This document shows positions 37,992-47,374 of a stretch of 64,000 nt of DNA, one piece after another. Under the pieces are notes generated by a model. The model saw nothing but the letters and a program-made list of their open reading frames with translations. It was not told the DNA's origin and searched no databases. Position numbers and translations under genes: made by a program. Every line of letters begins with the position of its first letter. Position 1 is the stretch's first letter. The stretch is taken from positions 474 through 64,473 of the forward strand of contig JBBRNK010000022.1 in NCBI GenBank assembly GCA_038230355.1. Direction: 5' to 3'. This stretch comes from Mycobacteriales bacterium. GTDB taxonomy: Bacteria; Actinomycetota; Actinomycetes; Mycobacteriales; SCTD01.

Positions 37992-39521
37992 GTGCCGACC
38001 GGAGCCCGCCGTCGTACGCCGGCCGGAACCGCGGGCGACGTCGTGCCCGGACCGCTGCAGGTCGGCGACTCCCTGGCCGGACGGTACGAGCTGCTTGAGG
38101 CCGTCGCCAGCTCCGGGCCGGCCGTGTTGTGGCGCGCGCAGGACGACGTGCTCGCCCGCGCGGTCGCGGTGAAGGTCATTCCCCTGCCCGACGACGCCGC
38201 CCGCGACGCGGCGCAGCCGTTCCTGGACGCGGCCGTCCGGACAGGGGCCATCAACCATCCCGGCCTGGTCCGCGTGTACGACGCCGCGCTTGAGACCCGT
38301 CCCGGACAGGGCAACGACGTGGCCTACGTGATCAGCGAGTGGGTCGAGGGGGAGCCGCTCGACGCACACCTGTCCGCGGTCGGTGCGCTGGCCGCACCCG
38401 ATGCCTGCGACGTGCTCCGGCAGGCCGCCGATGCCCTCACCGCTGCGCATGCCGGCGGGCTCGTCCACGGCCGGGTGCACCCGCGGAACGTGCTGGTCAC
38501 CCCCGCCGGGCGGGTCCGCCTCACCGACGCCGCCGTCGCTGCCGCGCTGCATGAGCTCCCCCCCGATGTGCTCACGGCCCACGGTGACACCGGCGACCTG
38601 GCCGCCGTCCTGTATGCGCTCGTCACGGGTCGCTGGCCCGGCGGGGCGAGCGCCCAACCGGCCGGCAGCCTCCCGACCAGCCCGCTCGCCGACGGCCATC
38701 CGTTGAGCCCGCGCCAGTTGAAGGCGGGAGTGCCACGGGCCCTGGACCAGGTCATCTCGCGCGGCCTGCTAGCCACCTCCGGCAGCTCGCTCGGTCGCGG
38801 CCACATGGGCCCCCCGCTGGGCACCCCCGCCGAGCTGGCCGACGCTGCCGAGGGTGCGGCGGCGGAGGCCCGCGCGGCCCGGGCGGTCGACAGCGCTCCC
38901 CAACCGCCCTCGAAGCTGCGCCGCTCCGTGCCGTGGGTCCTGACGCTGCTGCTGCTGGTTGGTGTCGGCGTGGCCGGTTGGCTGCTCGGGCTGGCCGTCG
39001 GCGACCTGCCTCGCAAGGCCAACGGCGTCGATGCCATCGTGACGACCACCGAGGCCCCCCGCCCTGGCGCCCCGGTCGCGACCGCCCTCAACCTGACCCG
39101 CCTGCCCATCAGGGACTTCGACCCGCTGGGCGACAAGCAGGAGAACCCCGACCAGGTCCGCAACGCCATCGACGGCGTACCCGACACCACGTGGGCCACG
39201 AGCTCCTACACGACCGCCGCGTTCGGTGGCCTGAAGCAGGGCGTCGGGCTGCTGCTCGACCTCGGCAAGCCGACCGCGCTGCACGCCGTCCAGGTCGGCT
39301 TCAGCGCCCCCGGCGCCAACGTGGAGCTGCGCGTCTCCCTCGACCCGCCGGCCGATGCGACAGCGGTCCGGACGGTGGCCGCTGCCACCGCGGGCGCCCA
39401 GGTGGCCACTCTGACACCCACGCCGGGCACGTCCGCGCGCTATGTCGTCATCTGGGTGACCAACCTGCCCAAGGACGGCTCGGGCTACCGCGTCGGCATC
39501 TCCGAGCTCCGCATCACCTGA
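37992..39521 (+). CDS. membrane Ser/Thr pseudokinase (MviN kinase-homology domain) with extracellular domain
   Basis: VAVK retained; HRD changed to HGR and DFG to DAA; transmembrane helix, then a DP.GD..EN...GVGLLLDLG domain. Confidence 0.85.
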   Translation: MPTGARRRTPAGTAGDVVPGPLQVGDSLAGRYELLEAVASSGPAVLWRAQDDVLARAVAVKVIPLPDDAARDAAQPFLDAAVRTGAINHPGLVRVYDAALETRPGQGNDVAYVISEWVEGEPLDAHLSAVGALAAPDACDVLRQAADALTAAHAGGLVHGRVHPRNVLVTPAGRVRLTDAAVAAALHELPPDVLTAHGDTGDLAAVLYALVTGRWPGGASAQPAGSLPTSPLADGHPLSPRQLKAGVPRALDQVISRGLLATSGSSLGRGHMGPPLGTPAELADAAEGAAAEARAARAVDSAPQPPSKLRRSVPWVLTLLLLVGVGVAGWLLGLAVGDLPRKANGVDAIVTTTEAPRPGAPVATALNLTRLPIRDFDPLGDKQENPDQVRNAIDGVPDTTWATSSYTTAAFGGLKQGVGLLLDLGKPTALHAVQVGFSAPGANVELRVSLDPPADATAVRTVAAATAGAQVATLTPTPGTSARYVVIWVTNLPKDGSGYRVGISELRIT

Positions 39522-39645
39522 GCCGGTCAGACCCACCCCCCTCCCCGATGATCTACCTCCTCTGGTGCCCGACACGCCGTCCGACACCGCCATCAGCGGT
39601 AGATCGGCCAGCAACCCGGGCCGGCGGTAGGGCTAGCCTGCGGCC

Positions 39646-40386
39646 GTGGCGAACGCACCCGACGACCAGGACGTCGCCGACCGCGCGCTGCTCGCCGCCC
39701 ACCTCGACGGTGACCCGCGCGCGTTCGACGACCTCCTTCGTCGGCATCGCCAGCGCCTGTGGGCGGTCGCCCTGCGCACCCTCGGCGACCCCGAGGAGGC
39801 GGCTGACGCCGTACAGGACGCGTGCCTGTCGGCGTACCGGGGTGCCGGGACCTTCCGGGGGGACGCCAAGGTCACCACCTGGCTGCACCGGATCGTCGTC
39901 AACGCCTGCCTGGACCGCGTACGCCGGCGGGCCGTCCGCCCCACCGTTCCCCTCCCCGAGCAGCCCACCGCCGACCCGCGCGACCGGATCGGCGAGCGCG
40001 AGACGTCGTTGGAGGTGACCCGCGCCCTCGCCGAGCTCCCCGACGAGCAGCGCCTCGCGATCGTCCTGGTCGACCTGCAGGGCCTGTCCGTCGAGGAGGC
40101 CGCAAACATCCTGAGCATCCCGGCCGGTACCGTCAAGTCCCGCTGCTTTCGCGGCCGAGCCCGCCTGGCGGTCACGCTCTCCTACCTGCGGGAAGGACCT
40201 CCCAGACCGGGTACGCCGAGCGGGAACCCAGACCCGGCCAGGCCCGTCCCACCTGTGTCAGCACCGCCGGTGACCGCCAGCCCCCTCACGGGCCCCCTCG
40301 CCAGCAGCCCTGTCAGCCCACCCACCAGCCCCCCTGTCAGCCCCGGCACCAGCCCCACCCCTGCCCCCGAAGGAGGACCGGTATGA
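39646..40386 (+). CDS. sigM: ECF sigma factor SigM
   Basis: WLHRIVVNACLD and GTVKSRC motifs; conserved position before trxB. Confidence 0.9.
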   Translation: MANAPDDQDVADRALLAAHLDGDPRAFDDLLRRHRQRLWAVALRTLGDPEEAADAVQDACLSAYRGAGTFRGDAKVTTWLHRIVVNACLDRVRRRAVRPTVPLPEQPTADPRDRIGERETSLEVTRALAELPDEQRLAIVLVDLQGLSVEEAANILSIPAGTVKSRCFRGRARLAVTLSYLREGPPRPGTPSGNPDPARPVPPVSAPPVTASPLTGPLASSPVSPPTSPPVSPGTSPTPAPEGGPV

Positions 40387-41417
40387 GCGAGCACCTCGAC
40401 CTCGACGCGCTCGCCGACATCCTCGCCGACGGTCCCTCTGGCGCGGGCGACCCGACCGACCTGGGCGCCCCAGCCGACCTGGGCCGGAGCCCCGCGGACC
40501 GACTGGCCCACCTCGCGACCTGCGCCGGGTGCGCCGGGCGGCTCGCGGAGCTCGAGGTGGCGGTCGGCCACGTCGCGGGCGCGCTGGCGTCCCTGCCCGA
40601 ACCCGAGCTCCCCGCCGGCCTCGCCGAGCGCCTCGACGCCGCCATGGCAACGCAGCGGGCCAGAACAGCCACCGATGGGACCGCCGGCCGAGGAACTGCC
40701 GGCCAGGGCACCGCCACCCAGGGCACCGCCACCCAGGCCGCGACGTCCCGTCCCGCCACAGCGGACGTCGTCCCACTGGCGGGGCGGCGCAACGGCTTTG
40801 CTCGCTGGCTGCCGATCGCCGGTGGGATCGCCGCGGCGGCCGCGCTGGTCTTCGGTGGCGTGCTCCTGACCCAGAAGAGCGGGACCAGCGGCTCGACGGC
40901 CTCGAAGGCGGCCGCCCGGCCGCCGGTCGCTGTCAACAGCACCGGGGCGTCGTACGGCAAGGACGGCAAGGCGCTCGCCGCCGCGCTCCCGACCCTGTTG
41001 AAGGGGAGCAGCACCGAGGCCTTCGCCACCCCCGCCGACGCGAGCGGCAAGACCACCCAAGCCACCCCGCCACTGCTCTCGGGCGGCGCTGCCGAACCTG
41101 ACAACACGGTGCCTTCCCCGAGTGTCGGTGCCCCGAAGGCCACTCCGCAACGGAGTGTGGCAACCGCTCAGGACGCCCTGGCCGCGCTGCGCGGTACGGC
41201 GGGTCTGTCGGCGTGCCTGTCCGGACTGACCGACCCCGGCGACCCCGGCGTACCTCTGGCCCTCGACTACGCGTCCTTCGACGGGAAGCCGGCGATGGTC
41301 GTGATCTTGCCGTCGGTGAAGGCGGACAAGGTCGACGTGTACGTCGTCGGAGCGGGATGCGTCGCCAAGGACTCCCAGCTCCTGTACTTCACCCGGCTCC
41401 GCACGCCCCAGCCCTGA
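40383..41417 (+). CDS. zinc-associated anti-sigma factor (RsmA-like)
   Basis: HLATCAGC (HxxxCxxC), transmembrane helix, C-terminal Cys pair; ATG overlaps the sigM stop. Confidence 0.8.
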   Translation: MSEHLDLDALADILADGPSGAGDPTDLGAPADLGRSPADRLAHLATCAGCAGRLAELEVAVGHVAGALASLPEPELPAGLAERLDAAMATQRARTATDGTAGRGTAGQGTATQGTATQAATSRPATADVVPLAGRRNGFARWLPIAGGIAAAAALVFGGVLLTQKSGTSGSTASKAAARPPVAVNSTGASYGKDGKALAAALPTLLKGSSTEAFATPADASGKTTQATPPLLSGGAAEPDNTVPSPSVGAPKATPQRSVATAQDALAALRGTAGLSACLSGLTDPGDPGVPLALDYASFDGKPAMVVILPSVKADKVDVYVVGAGCVAKDSQLLYFTRLRTPQP

Positions 41418-41511
41418 CGTCGCCCCTGAGGGACAGACGTTGTCATGACACGCCGGCGTGTCGTGCAAACCGGTGCTGATGATCTTGGGGAGACGGCTCA
41501 TCCCGCGGTGC

Positions 41512-41537
41512 GGAAGGACTCTCCCTACGATGGCGTT
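41512..41537 (+). promoter_or_regulatory. SigR/SigH-type promoter for trxB
   Basis: GGAAG-N18-GTT. Confidence 0.6.
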
Positions 41538-41567
41538 GAGCAGGTGACCACCTACGAGAGGCACGCA

Positions 41568-42500
41568 GTGAGCACCGAAGTCCACCAGTCCATCGTCATC
41601 GGCTCCGGTCCCAGCGGCTACACCGCGGCGATCTACCTCGCCCGCGCAGGTTTGAAGCCGCTCGCCTTCGAGGGCGCCGTCACCGCCGGTGGGGCCCTGA
41701 TGAACACCACCGACGTCGAGAACTTCCCCGGCTTCCCCGACGGCGTCATGGGCCCCGACCTGATGGACAAGCTCCGGTCACAGGCAGAGCGTTTCGGTAC
41801 GTCGTTCGTCACTGACGACGTGACCGCGGTCGACCTGACGGTCTCCCCGAAGGTCGTGACCGTCGGCTCCGACACCTACCTGGCGGAGACAGTCGTGCTC
41901 GCGATGGGATCGGGCTACCGCGAGCTGGGCGTGCCCGGGGAGAAGGAGTTGTCCGGGCGGGGCGTGTCCTGGTGCGCGACGTGCGACGGTTTCTTCTTCC
42001 GCGATCAGGACATCGTGGTCGTCGGCGGCGGTGACAGTGCGCTGGAGGAGGCGACGTTCCTGACCCGCTTCGCGCGGACCGTCACGATCGTGCACCGCCG
42101 GGACGCGTTCCGGGCCTCGAGGATCATGCAGGACCGGACCTTCGCCAACGACAAGATCAAGGTCATCTGGGACACCGAGGTGCTGTCGGCCAACGGCGAG
42201 ACCAAGCTCGCGTCGCTGAGCCTGCGCAACCTCAAGACCGGCGAGACCTCGGACCTGCCCGCGACCGGGTTGTTCATCGCGATCGGTCACGACCCGCGGT
42301 CGGAGCTCATCAAGGGCCAGGTCGAGCTCGACGACGAGGGCTACGTCGTGGTCGACGGGCGTTCGACGCTGACCAACCTGGACGGCGTCTTCGCTGCCGG
42401 CGACCTGGTCGACCACACCTACCGGCAAGCCATCACGGCCGCCGGCAGCGGCTGCGCGGCCGCCCTGGACGCGGAGCGCTGGCTCGCCGCCCACGAGTGA
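41568..42500 (+). CDS. trxB: thioredoxin reductase
   Basis: GSGPSG, CATCDG and GGGDSA motifs. Confidence 0.97.
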   Translation: MSTEVHQSIVIGSGPSGYTAAIYLARAGLKPLAFEGAVTAGGALMNTTDVENFPGFPDGVMGPDLMDKLRSQAERFGTSFVTDDVTAVDLTVSPKVVTVGSDTYLAETVVLAMGSGYRELGVPGEKELSGRGVSWCATCDGFFFRDQDIVVVGGGDSALEEATFLTRFARTVTIVHRRDAFRASRIMQDRTFANDKIKVIWDTEVLSANGETKLASLSLRNLKTGETSDLPATGLFIAIGHDPRSELIKGQVELDDEGYVVVDGRSTLTNLDGVFAAGDLVDHTYRQAITAAGSGCAAALDAERWLAAHE

Positions 42501-42530
42501 CCTGACCGTGAGGGCCCTCCACGGGGCCCT

Positions 42531-42556
42531 GGAATGGCAGCCGCACCGGCGAGGTT
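42531..42556 (+). promoter_or_regulatory. SigR/SigH-type promoter for trxA
   Basis: GGAAT-N18-GTT, exact consensus. Confidence 0.7.
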
Positions 42557-42616
42557 CTGGTCGGTACAACCCTGAGCCCGCGAGACCCGCGAGACCTGAC
42601 CCGAGGAGCAACCACC

Positions 42617-42943
42617 ATGGGCGCCAACACCAAGATCGTCACCGACGCGTCGTTCGCCGTCGATGTGCTGCAGAGCGACAAGCCGGTGCTCGTCGACTTC
42701 TGGGCTGAGTGGTGCGGGCCGTGCAAGATGGTCGCCCCGGTGCTCGAGGAGATCGCCGGCGACCACGCCGACAAGATCAGCATCGTGAAGCTCAACATCG
42801 ACGAGAACCCGGGCGCGGCGCGCGACTACTCGATCTTGTCGATCCCCACGATGGCGGTGTTCCAGGGCGGCAAGCTCGTCAAGTCGATCGTCGGCGCGAA
42901 GCCGAAGGCCGCCATCCTGCGCGACCTCGAGCCGTACCTGTAA
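42617..42943 (+). CDS. trxA: thioredoxin
   Basis: WCGPC motif. Confidence 0.98.
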   Translation: MGANTKIVTDASFAVDVLQSDKPVLVDFWAEWCGPCKMVAPVLEEIAGDHADKISIVKLNIDENPGAARDYSILSIPTMAVFQGGKLVKSIVGAKPKAAILRDLEPYL

Positions 42944-42953
42944 CCAGCTCGAC

Positions 42954-42985
42954 GAAGGCCGGGTCCACTACGGGCCCGGCCTTTC
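42954..42985 (+). terminator. intrinsic terminator after trxA
   Basis: AAGGCCGGGTCC-ACTAC-GGGCCCGGCCTT hairpin. Confidence 0.7.
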
Positions 42986-43127
42986 GCTGTGCGTCCCGGG
43001 TACCAGGAGGTGGGCTGCGAGGCTGGGTGAGCCCCGCCTGCGCCATCTGGGTGTGCCTGGCCCGCCAGGCGGGAAGATCACCCCGCACCCCGTTACGCTG
43101 GCCCCCCGACACGTGGAGGACGCTTCC

Positions 43128-44243
43128 GTGCAGCTGTTCCGCCGTGGTGACCGAGGTCCGGCCGTCGCCGAGATCCAAGCCAGCCTCGCCACCCTGGGTC
43201 TGCTGCGCGCTGCTCCGGCTGAGCCGGTCTTCGACCAGCCCACGGACTGGGCGGTGCGGGAGTTCCAGCAGAACCGCGGGCTGGTGGTCGACGGCATCGT
43301 CGGCGCCGAGACCTACAGCGCCCTGCAGGCGGCTCGCCTCTCGCTCGGCGACCGGCTGCTCTCGCTGGCCGGGAAGTACTTCGTCGGTGACGATGTCGCG
43401 GCCCTCCAGGAGCGGTTGACCGAGCTCGGCTTCGACACGGGCCGGCCCGATGGCGTCTTCGGCCCGCAGACCGAGCGCGCCCTCAAGGGCTTCCAGCGCG
43501 AGTACGGCCTGGTCAGCGACGGCGTCTGCGGGCCGTCGACCCTGCGCGCGCTCAAGCAGCTCGGTCGTCTCGTCATCGGGGGCCGACCACACGCGCTCAG
43601 GGAGACCGAGGTGCTGCACCGCTCGGGGGCGGCGCTGGCCGGCAAGGTCGTCGTGCTCGACCCGGGCCACGGTGCCGCCGACCGGGGAGCCGTCGGCCAC
43701 GGGCTGGAGGAGGCCGCCCTGGCCGAGGACCTCGCCGCCCGGCTCGAGGGCCGGCTCGCTGCGGTGGGCGTACGCACGCTGGTGACCCGCGGCCCGGATG
43801 GCTGCCCCAGCGACGCCGAGCGGGCCGAGCTGGCCAACGCCGCCCACGCCGACCTGATCATCTCGCTGCACGTCGACCGGGCCCGGTCCCCGCGCTGCCA
43901 GGGGGTCGCGACCTACCACTTCGGTACCGGCTCAGGGGCCACGTCGACCGTGGGTGAGCGCTTCGCCTCCCTCGTCCAGCGCGAGATCGTGGCCCGTACC
44001 CACCTGCTCGACTGCCACGTCCACCACAAGACGTGGCAGCTGCTGCGGCTGACCCAGATGCCAGCGGTACGCCTGGAGCTCGGTCACCTCACGCACCCGG
44101 GGGACGCGGCGCGGCTCGCGGACCCGGCCTTTCGGGACACGGTCGCCGAGGCCCTGCTCGTCGCGATCCAGCGGCTCTACCTACCTCTCGACCAGGACCC
44201 GCCCACCGGCGTACTCAGGCTGCCCGACCTCGCCAACTTCTGA
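43128..44243 (+). CDS. cwlM: N-acetylmuramoyl-L-alanine amidase CwlM (2 x PG-binding plus Amidase_3)
   Basis: two DG..G..T peptidoglycan-binding repeats; DPGHG, SLH and RLELG motifs; DPPTG tail. Confidence 0.92.
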   Translation: MQLFRRGDRGPAVAEIQASLATLGLLRAAPAEPVFDQPTDWAVREFQQNRGLVVDGIVGAETYSALQAARLSLGDRLLSLAGKYFVGDDVAALQERLTELGFDTGRPDGVFGPQTERALKGFQREYGLVSDGVCGPSTLRALKQLGRLVIGGRPHALRETEVLHRSGAALAGKVVVLDPGHGAADRGAVGHGLEEAALAEDLAARLEGRLAAVGVRTLVTRGPDGCPSDAERAELANAAHADLIISLHVDRARSPRCQGVATYHFGTGSGATSTVGERFASLVQREIVARTHLLDCHVHHKTWQLLRLTQMPAVRLELGHLTHPGDAARLADPAFRDTVAEALLVAIQRLYLPLDQDPPTGVLRLPDLANF

Positions 44244-44295
44244 CGCCCACCCCTCGAAGCACCCTGAGCAACGGCGGCGGTACGACGCGCTGGAG

Positions 44296-44913
44296 CTAGA
44301 CCGGGCGGAGCATCGGGTCGGGCGACATCGACCCGAGCAGGCGCTCGAGGGCGACCTCGACGTCCTCGCGCCAGGACACGGCGCTCTTGATCTCCAGTCG
44401 CAGCCGGGGGAAGCGGTGGTGCGGGCGGACGGTCTTAAAGCCGACCGCCGTGAGGTAGTCCGCGGGCATCACGCAGGCGGGGGCGTTGTGCTGCAGGTCG
44501 CCGAAGGCCTCGATGGCCTTCACGCCGCGGCGGGTGAGGTCCTTCGCGACGCCCTGGACCAGGATCCGGGCCAGACCACCGCCGGCGAAGTCGGGAAGCA
44601 CATGGCCGGTCATCAGCAGCACGGCGTCGGCCGAGACAGGGGAGGTGGGGAAGGCGACCGAGCGGGGGACGTACATGGGCGGGGCGTACATCACGTAGCC
44701 GGCGGGGACCCCGTCGACATAGACGATCTTGCCGCACGAGCCCCACTCGAGCAGCGTCGCGGACACCCACGACTCCTTCTCGAAAGCGGTGTCGCCGGCT
44801 TCGACGGCCCGGTCGTGGGCGACCGGGTCGAGCTCCCAGAACACGCACTTGCGGCAGCGCCCGGGCAGGTCGTCGAGGTTGTCGAGCGTGATGTTGACGA
44901 CCCGGCGGCTCAT
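44296..44913 (-). CDS. GNAT acetyltransferase (Rv3916c-like)
   Basis: CRKCVFWE, EWGSCG, AIEAFG and FPRLRL motifs. Confidence 0.9.
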   Translation of the reverse strand: MSRRVVNITLDNLDDLPGRCRKCVFWELDPVAHDRAVEAGDTAFEKESWVSATLLEWGSCGKIVYVDGVPAGYVMYAPPMYVPRSVAFPTSPVSADAVLLMTGHVLPDFAGGGLARILVQGVAKDLTRRGVKAIEAFGDLQHNAPACVMPADYLTAVGFKTVRPHHRFPRLRLEIKSAVSWREDVEVALERLLGSMSPDPMLRPV

Positions 44914-45032
44914 CGCGGGGACCCGCCCGGGCGCGGGGCGCGCAGCAGCCCGGCAAGCCAGCCCAGGGCAACACCTAGGAGCATGCCGACGCCGGCCAGC
45001 CCGAGAGAGGAGCGCCGGGGGGAGGTCACCAC
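44910..45032 (-). CDS. small (40 aa) single-pass membrane protein
   Basis: GTG 7 nt after TACCCT; hydrophobic LGLAGVGMLLGVALGWLAGLL; stop overlaps the GNAT start (ATGA). Confidence 0.55.
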   Translation of the reverse strand: MVTSPRRSSLGLAGVGMLLGVALGWLAGLLRAPRPGGSPR

Positions 45033-45135
45033 GCGCCCCAGGGTAGTTGCCGAGCGAACGGGCGAGAAGCCCCTGCGCGAAGGCACCTCATCCGTCCCGG
45101 GAGCCGGGCCGATCCGCCCCCGGTACCGTGAGTGC

Positions 45136-46455
45136 ATGGCTGGGGTGCAGGGTCCGCGGACCTTCGACGCGTTCACCGGCCGCTATGCCAGGCGCACGGC
45201 GGGCATGACCGCGAGCGAGATCCGAGCGCTGTTCGCGGTGGCCAGCCGCCCCGAGGTGGTCAGCCTGGCCGGCGGAATGCCGTACACCAGCGCGCTGCCG
45301 CTGGACGCGGTCGGAAAGCTGATGTCGGACCTGCTGGCGACGCGCGGGGCGCAGGCGTTGCAGTACGGCTCCGGCCAGGGCGACCCGGACCTGCGCGAGC
45401 TGATCTGCGAGGTCATGGCCCTCGAGGGCGTCATCGGCTCCCCCGATGACGTCACGGTCACCGTCGGGAGCCAGCAGGCGCTGGACCTGGTCACGCGGAT
45501 CTTCATCGACCCGGGCGACGTGGTCCTCGCGGAGGCGCCGTCCTATGTCGGTGCGCTCGGCACGTTCGCGTCCTACCAGGCTGAGGTGGTGCACGTCGCG
45601 ATGGACGAGCACGGGCTCGTCCCGGAGGCGCTGCGGGAGGCGCTCGCGCGGGTCGGCGACCGGGCGAAGTTCCTGTACACGATCCCCAACTTCCACAACC
45701 CAGCTGGTACGTCGCTGTCCGACGCCCGCCGCGACGAGGTACTGGCGATCTGCATGGCGGCCGGCCTGCTGGTGCTCGAGGACAACCCCTACGGGCTGCT
45801 TGGCTTCGAGGGCCCGCCCACGCCGGCGATCCGGGCCCGTGGCGGCTCCTCGGACGGCAACGAGCACGTGATCTACCTCGGGTCGTTCAGCAAGACCTTC
45901 GCCCCGGGCCTGCGCGTCGGCTGGGTCCTCGCGCCGCACGCCGTCCGCGAGAAGCTGGTCCTGGCGTCCGAGGCGAGCGTCCTGTGCCCGCCGGCCCTCA
46001 ACCAGCTGGTCGTGGCGGAGTACCTCACCACCCAGGACTGGCAGGGCCAGATCGAGGTCTTCAAGCAGATCTACCAGGAACGCCGGGACACGATGCTGTC
46101 CTCGCTCGAGACGCTCATGCCGGCCGGTACGACGTGGACCCACCCGACCGGTGGCTTCTACGTGTGGACCACCCTGCCCGAAGGCCTCGACGCCAAGATC
46201 ATGCAGCCGCGCGCGATCACCGCCCGCGTGGCCTACGTCCCGGGGATCGGCTTCTACAGCGACGGCCAGGGCAGGCGGGAGCTCAGACTGTCGTATTGCT
46301 TCCCCGAGCCCGCCCGGATCGCTGAAGGGGTACGCCGCCTGGCCGGCGTCATCGAGGCCGAGCTCGACCTCCTGGACACCTTCGGCCCCACCCTGACGGC
46401 CCGCACCGTCGGCCCGGTGGGCGGCGCCAGCACCCCCAGCCCCGGCCTCGCCTGA
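45136..46455 (+). CDS. PLP-dependent aminotransferase, class I/II
   Basis: SLAGGMP, HNPAG, EDNPY and GSFSKTFAPGLRVG motifs; leaderless after TACCGT. Confidence 0.93.
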   Translation: MAGVQGPRTFDAFTGRYARRTAGMTASEIRALFAVASRPEVVSLAGGMPYTSALPLDAVGKLMSDLLATRGAQALQYGSGQGDPDLRELICEVMALEGVIGSPDDVTVTVGSQQALDLVTRIFIDPGDVVLAEAPSYVGALGTFASYQAEVVHVAMDEHGLVPEALREALARVGDRAKFLYTIPNFHNPAGTSLSDARRDEVLAICMAAGLLVLEDNPYGLLGFEGPPTPAIRARGGSSDGNEHVIYLGSFSKTFAPGLRVGWVLAPHAVREKLVLASEASVLCPPALNQLVVAEYLTTQDWQGQIEVFKQIYQERRDTMLSSLETLMPAGTTWTHPTGGFYVWTTLPEGLDAKIMQPRAITARVAYVPGIGFYSDGQGRRELRLSYCFPEPARIAEGVRRLAGVIEAELDLLDTFGPTLTARTVGPVGGASTPSPGLA

Positions 46456-46465
46456 CCAGCTGCCC

Positions 46466-47374
46466 TCAGTCGCGGGGAGCGGGCCCCTGGACGATGTCGG
46501 CGATCCGCTGGAGGTCCTCGAGCGTCGCGAACTCGATCGTGATCTTGCCCTTCGCCCGGCCGACGTCGACCTTCACGCGGGTCTCGAGCCGGTCACTGAG
46601 CCGGTCGGCCACCTCACGGGCGGCCTCGGGGACGAGCCGCTTCTGCGACGCGCCCCGCCTCGGTGGCGCGTCGCAGGACGCGACCGCCATCGCGACGGCC
46701 TCCTCGGTGGACCGGACCGACATGCCCTCGGCAACGACCCGGTGCGCCATCGCGTCCATCGCCTCGGGCGAGCCCAGCCCCAGGATGGCGCGGGCGTGCC
46801 CGGCCGAGATGACCCCTGCGGCGACGCGGGACTGTACCGCCGGCGGCAGCCCCAGCAACCGGATCGTGTTGGAGATCTGCGGACGGGACCGGCCGATCCG
46901 CAGCGCCAGCTCCTCGTGCGTCGTACCGAAGTCGGCGAGCAGCTGCTGGTAGGCGGCAGCCTCCTCCAGCGGGTTGAGCTGGGAGCGGTGCAGGTTCTCC
47001 AGGAGCGCGTCACGCAGCATCGCGTCGTCCTGGGTGTCCCGGACGATCGCCGGGATCGTCGCGAGGCCCACCCGCTGGGACGCCCGCCAGCGGCGCTCGC
47101 CCATGATCAGCTCGTACCGGTCCCCACCCAGGGGCCGCACGACGATCGGCTGGAGCAGTCCGACCTCACGGATCGAGTGCTCGAGCTCGCTGAGCGCCTC
47201 CTCGTCGAAGACGGTCCGCGGCTGCGCGTGGTTCGGGACGATCGACGCGATCGGCAGCTCGGCGAACCGGGCGCCGGCGACGTCCGCCAGCTCAGGCGTG
47301 ATGTCCGCCGGGCCCTGCGGGATCAGCGCCCCGAGGCCGCGGCCGAGCCCCCCCTTGCGTGCGGGCACCGTCAT
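46466..47374 (-). CDS. parB: chromosome partitioning protein ParB
   Basis: [16 protein letters not shown] and ENLHR motifs plus HTH. Confidence 0.97.
   Translation of the reverse strand: MTVPARKGGLGRGLGALIPQGPADITPELADVAGARFAELPIASIVPNHAQPRTVFDEEALSELEHSIREVGLLQPIVVRPLGGDRYELIMGERRWRASQRVGLATIPAIVRDTQDDAMLRDALLENLHRSQLNPLEEAAAYQQLLADFGTTHEELALRIGRSRPQISNTIRLLGLPPAVQSRVAAGVISAGHARAILGLGSPEAMDAMAHRVVAEGMSVRSTEEAVAMAVASCDAPPRRGASQKRLVPEAAREVADRLSDRLETRVKVDVGRAKGKITIEFATLEDLQRIADIVQGPAPRD

Noticed and set aside
40190-40740. Pro-rich SigM tail and GTAxQ repeats in the anti-sigma factor (similar low-complexity tails in ParA, GyrB and PonA)
   Set aside because: Ordinary slippage-derived disordered linkers
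44416-45135. Apparent 240-aa N-terminal extension on the aminotransferase (likewise on the ABC1 kinase, glnA4 and rpsF)
   Set aside because: ORF-caller extension over neighbouring genes; better starts with a -10 or Shine-Dalgarno lie downstream
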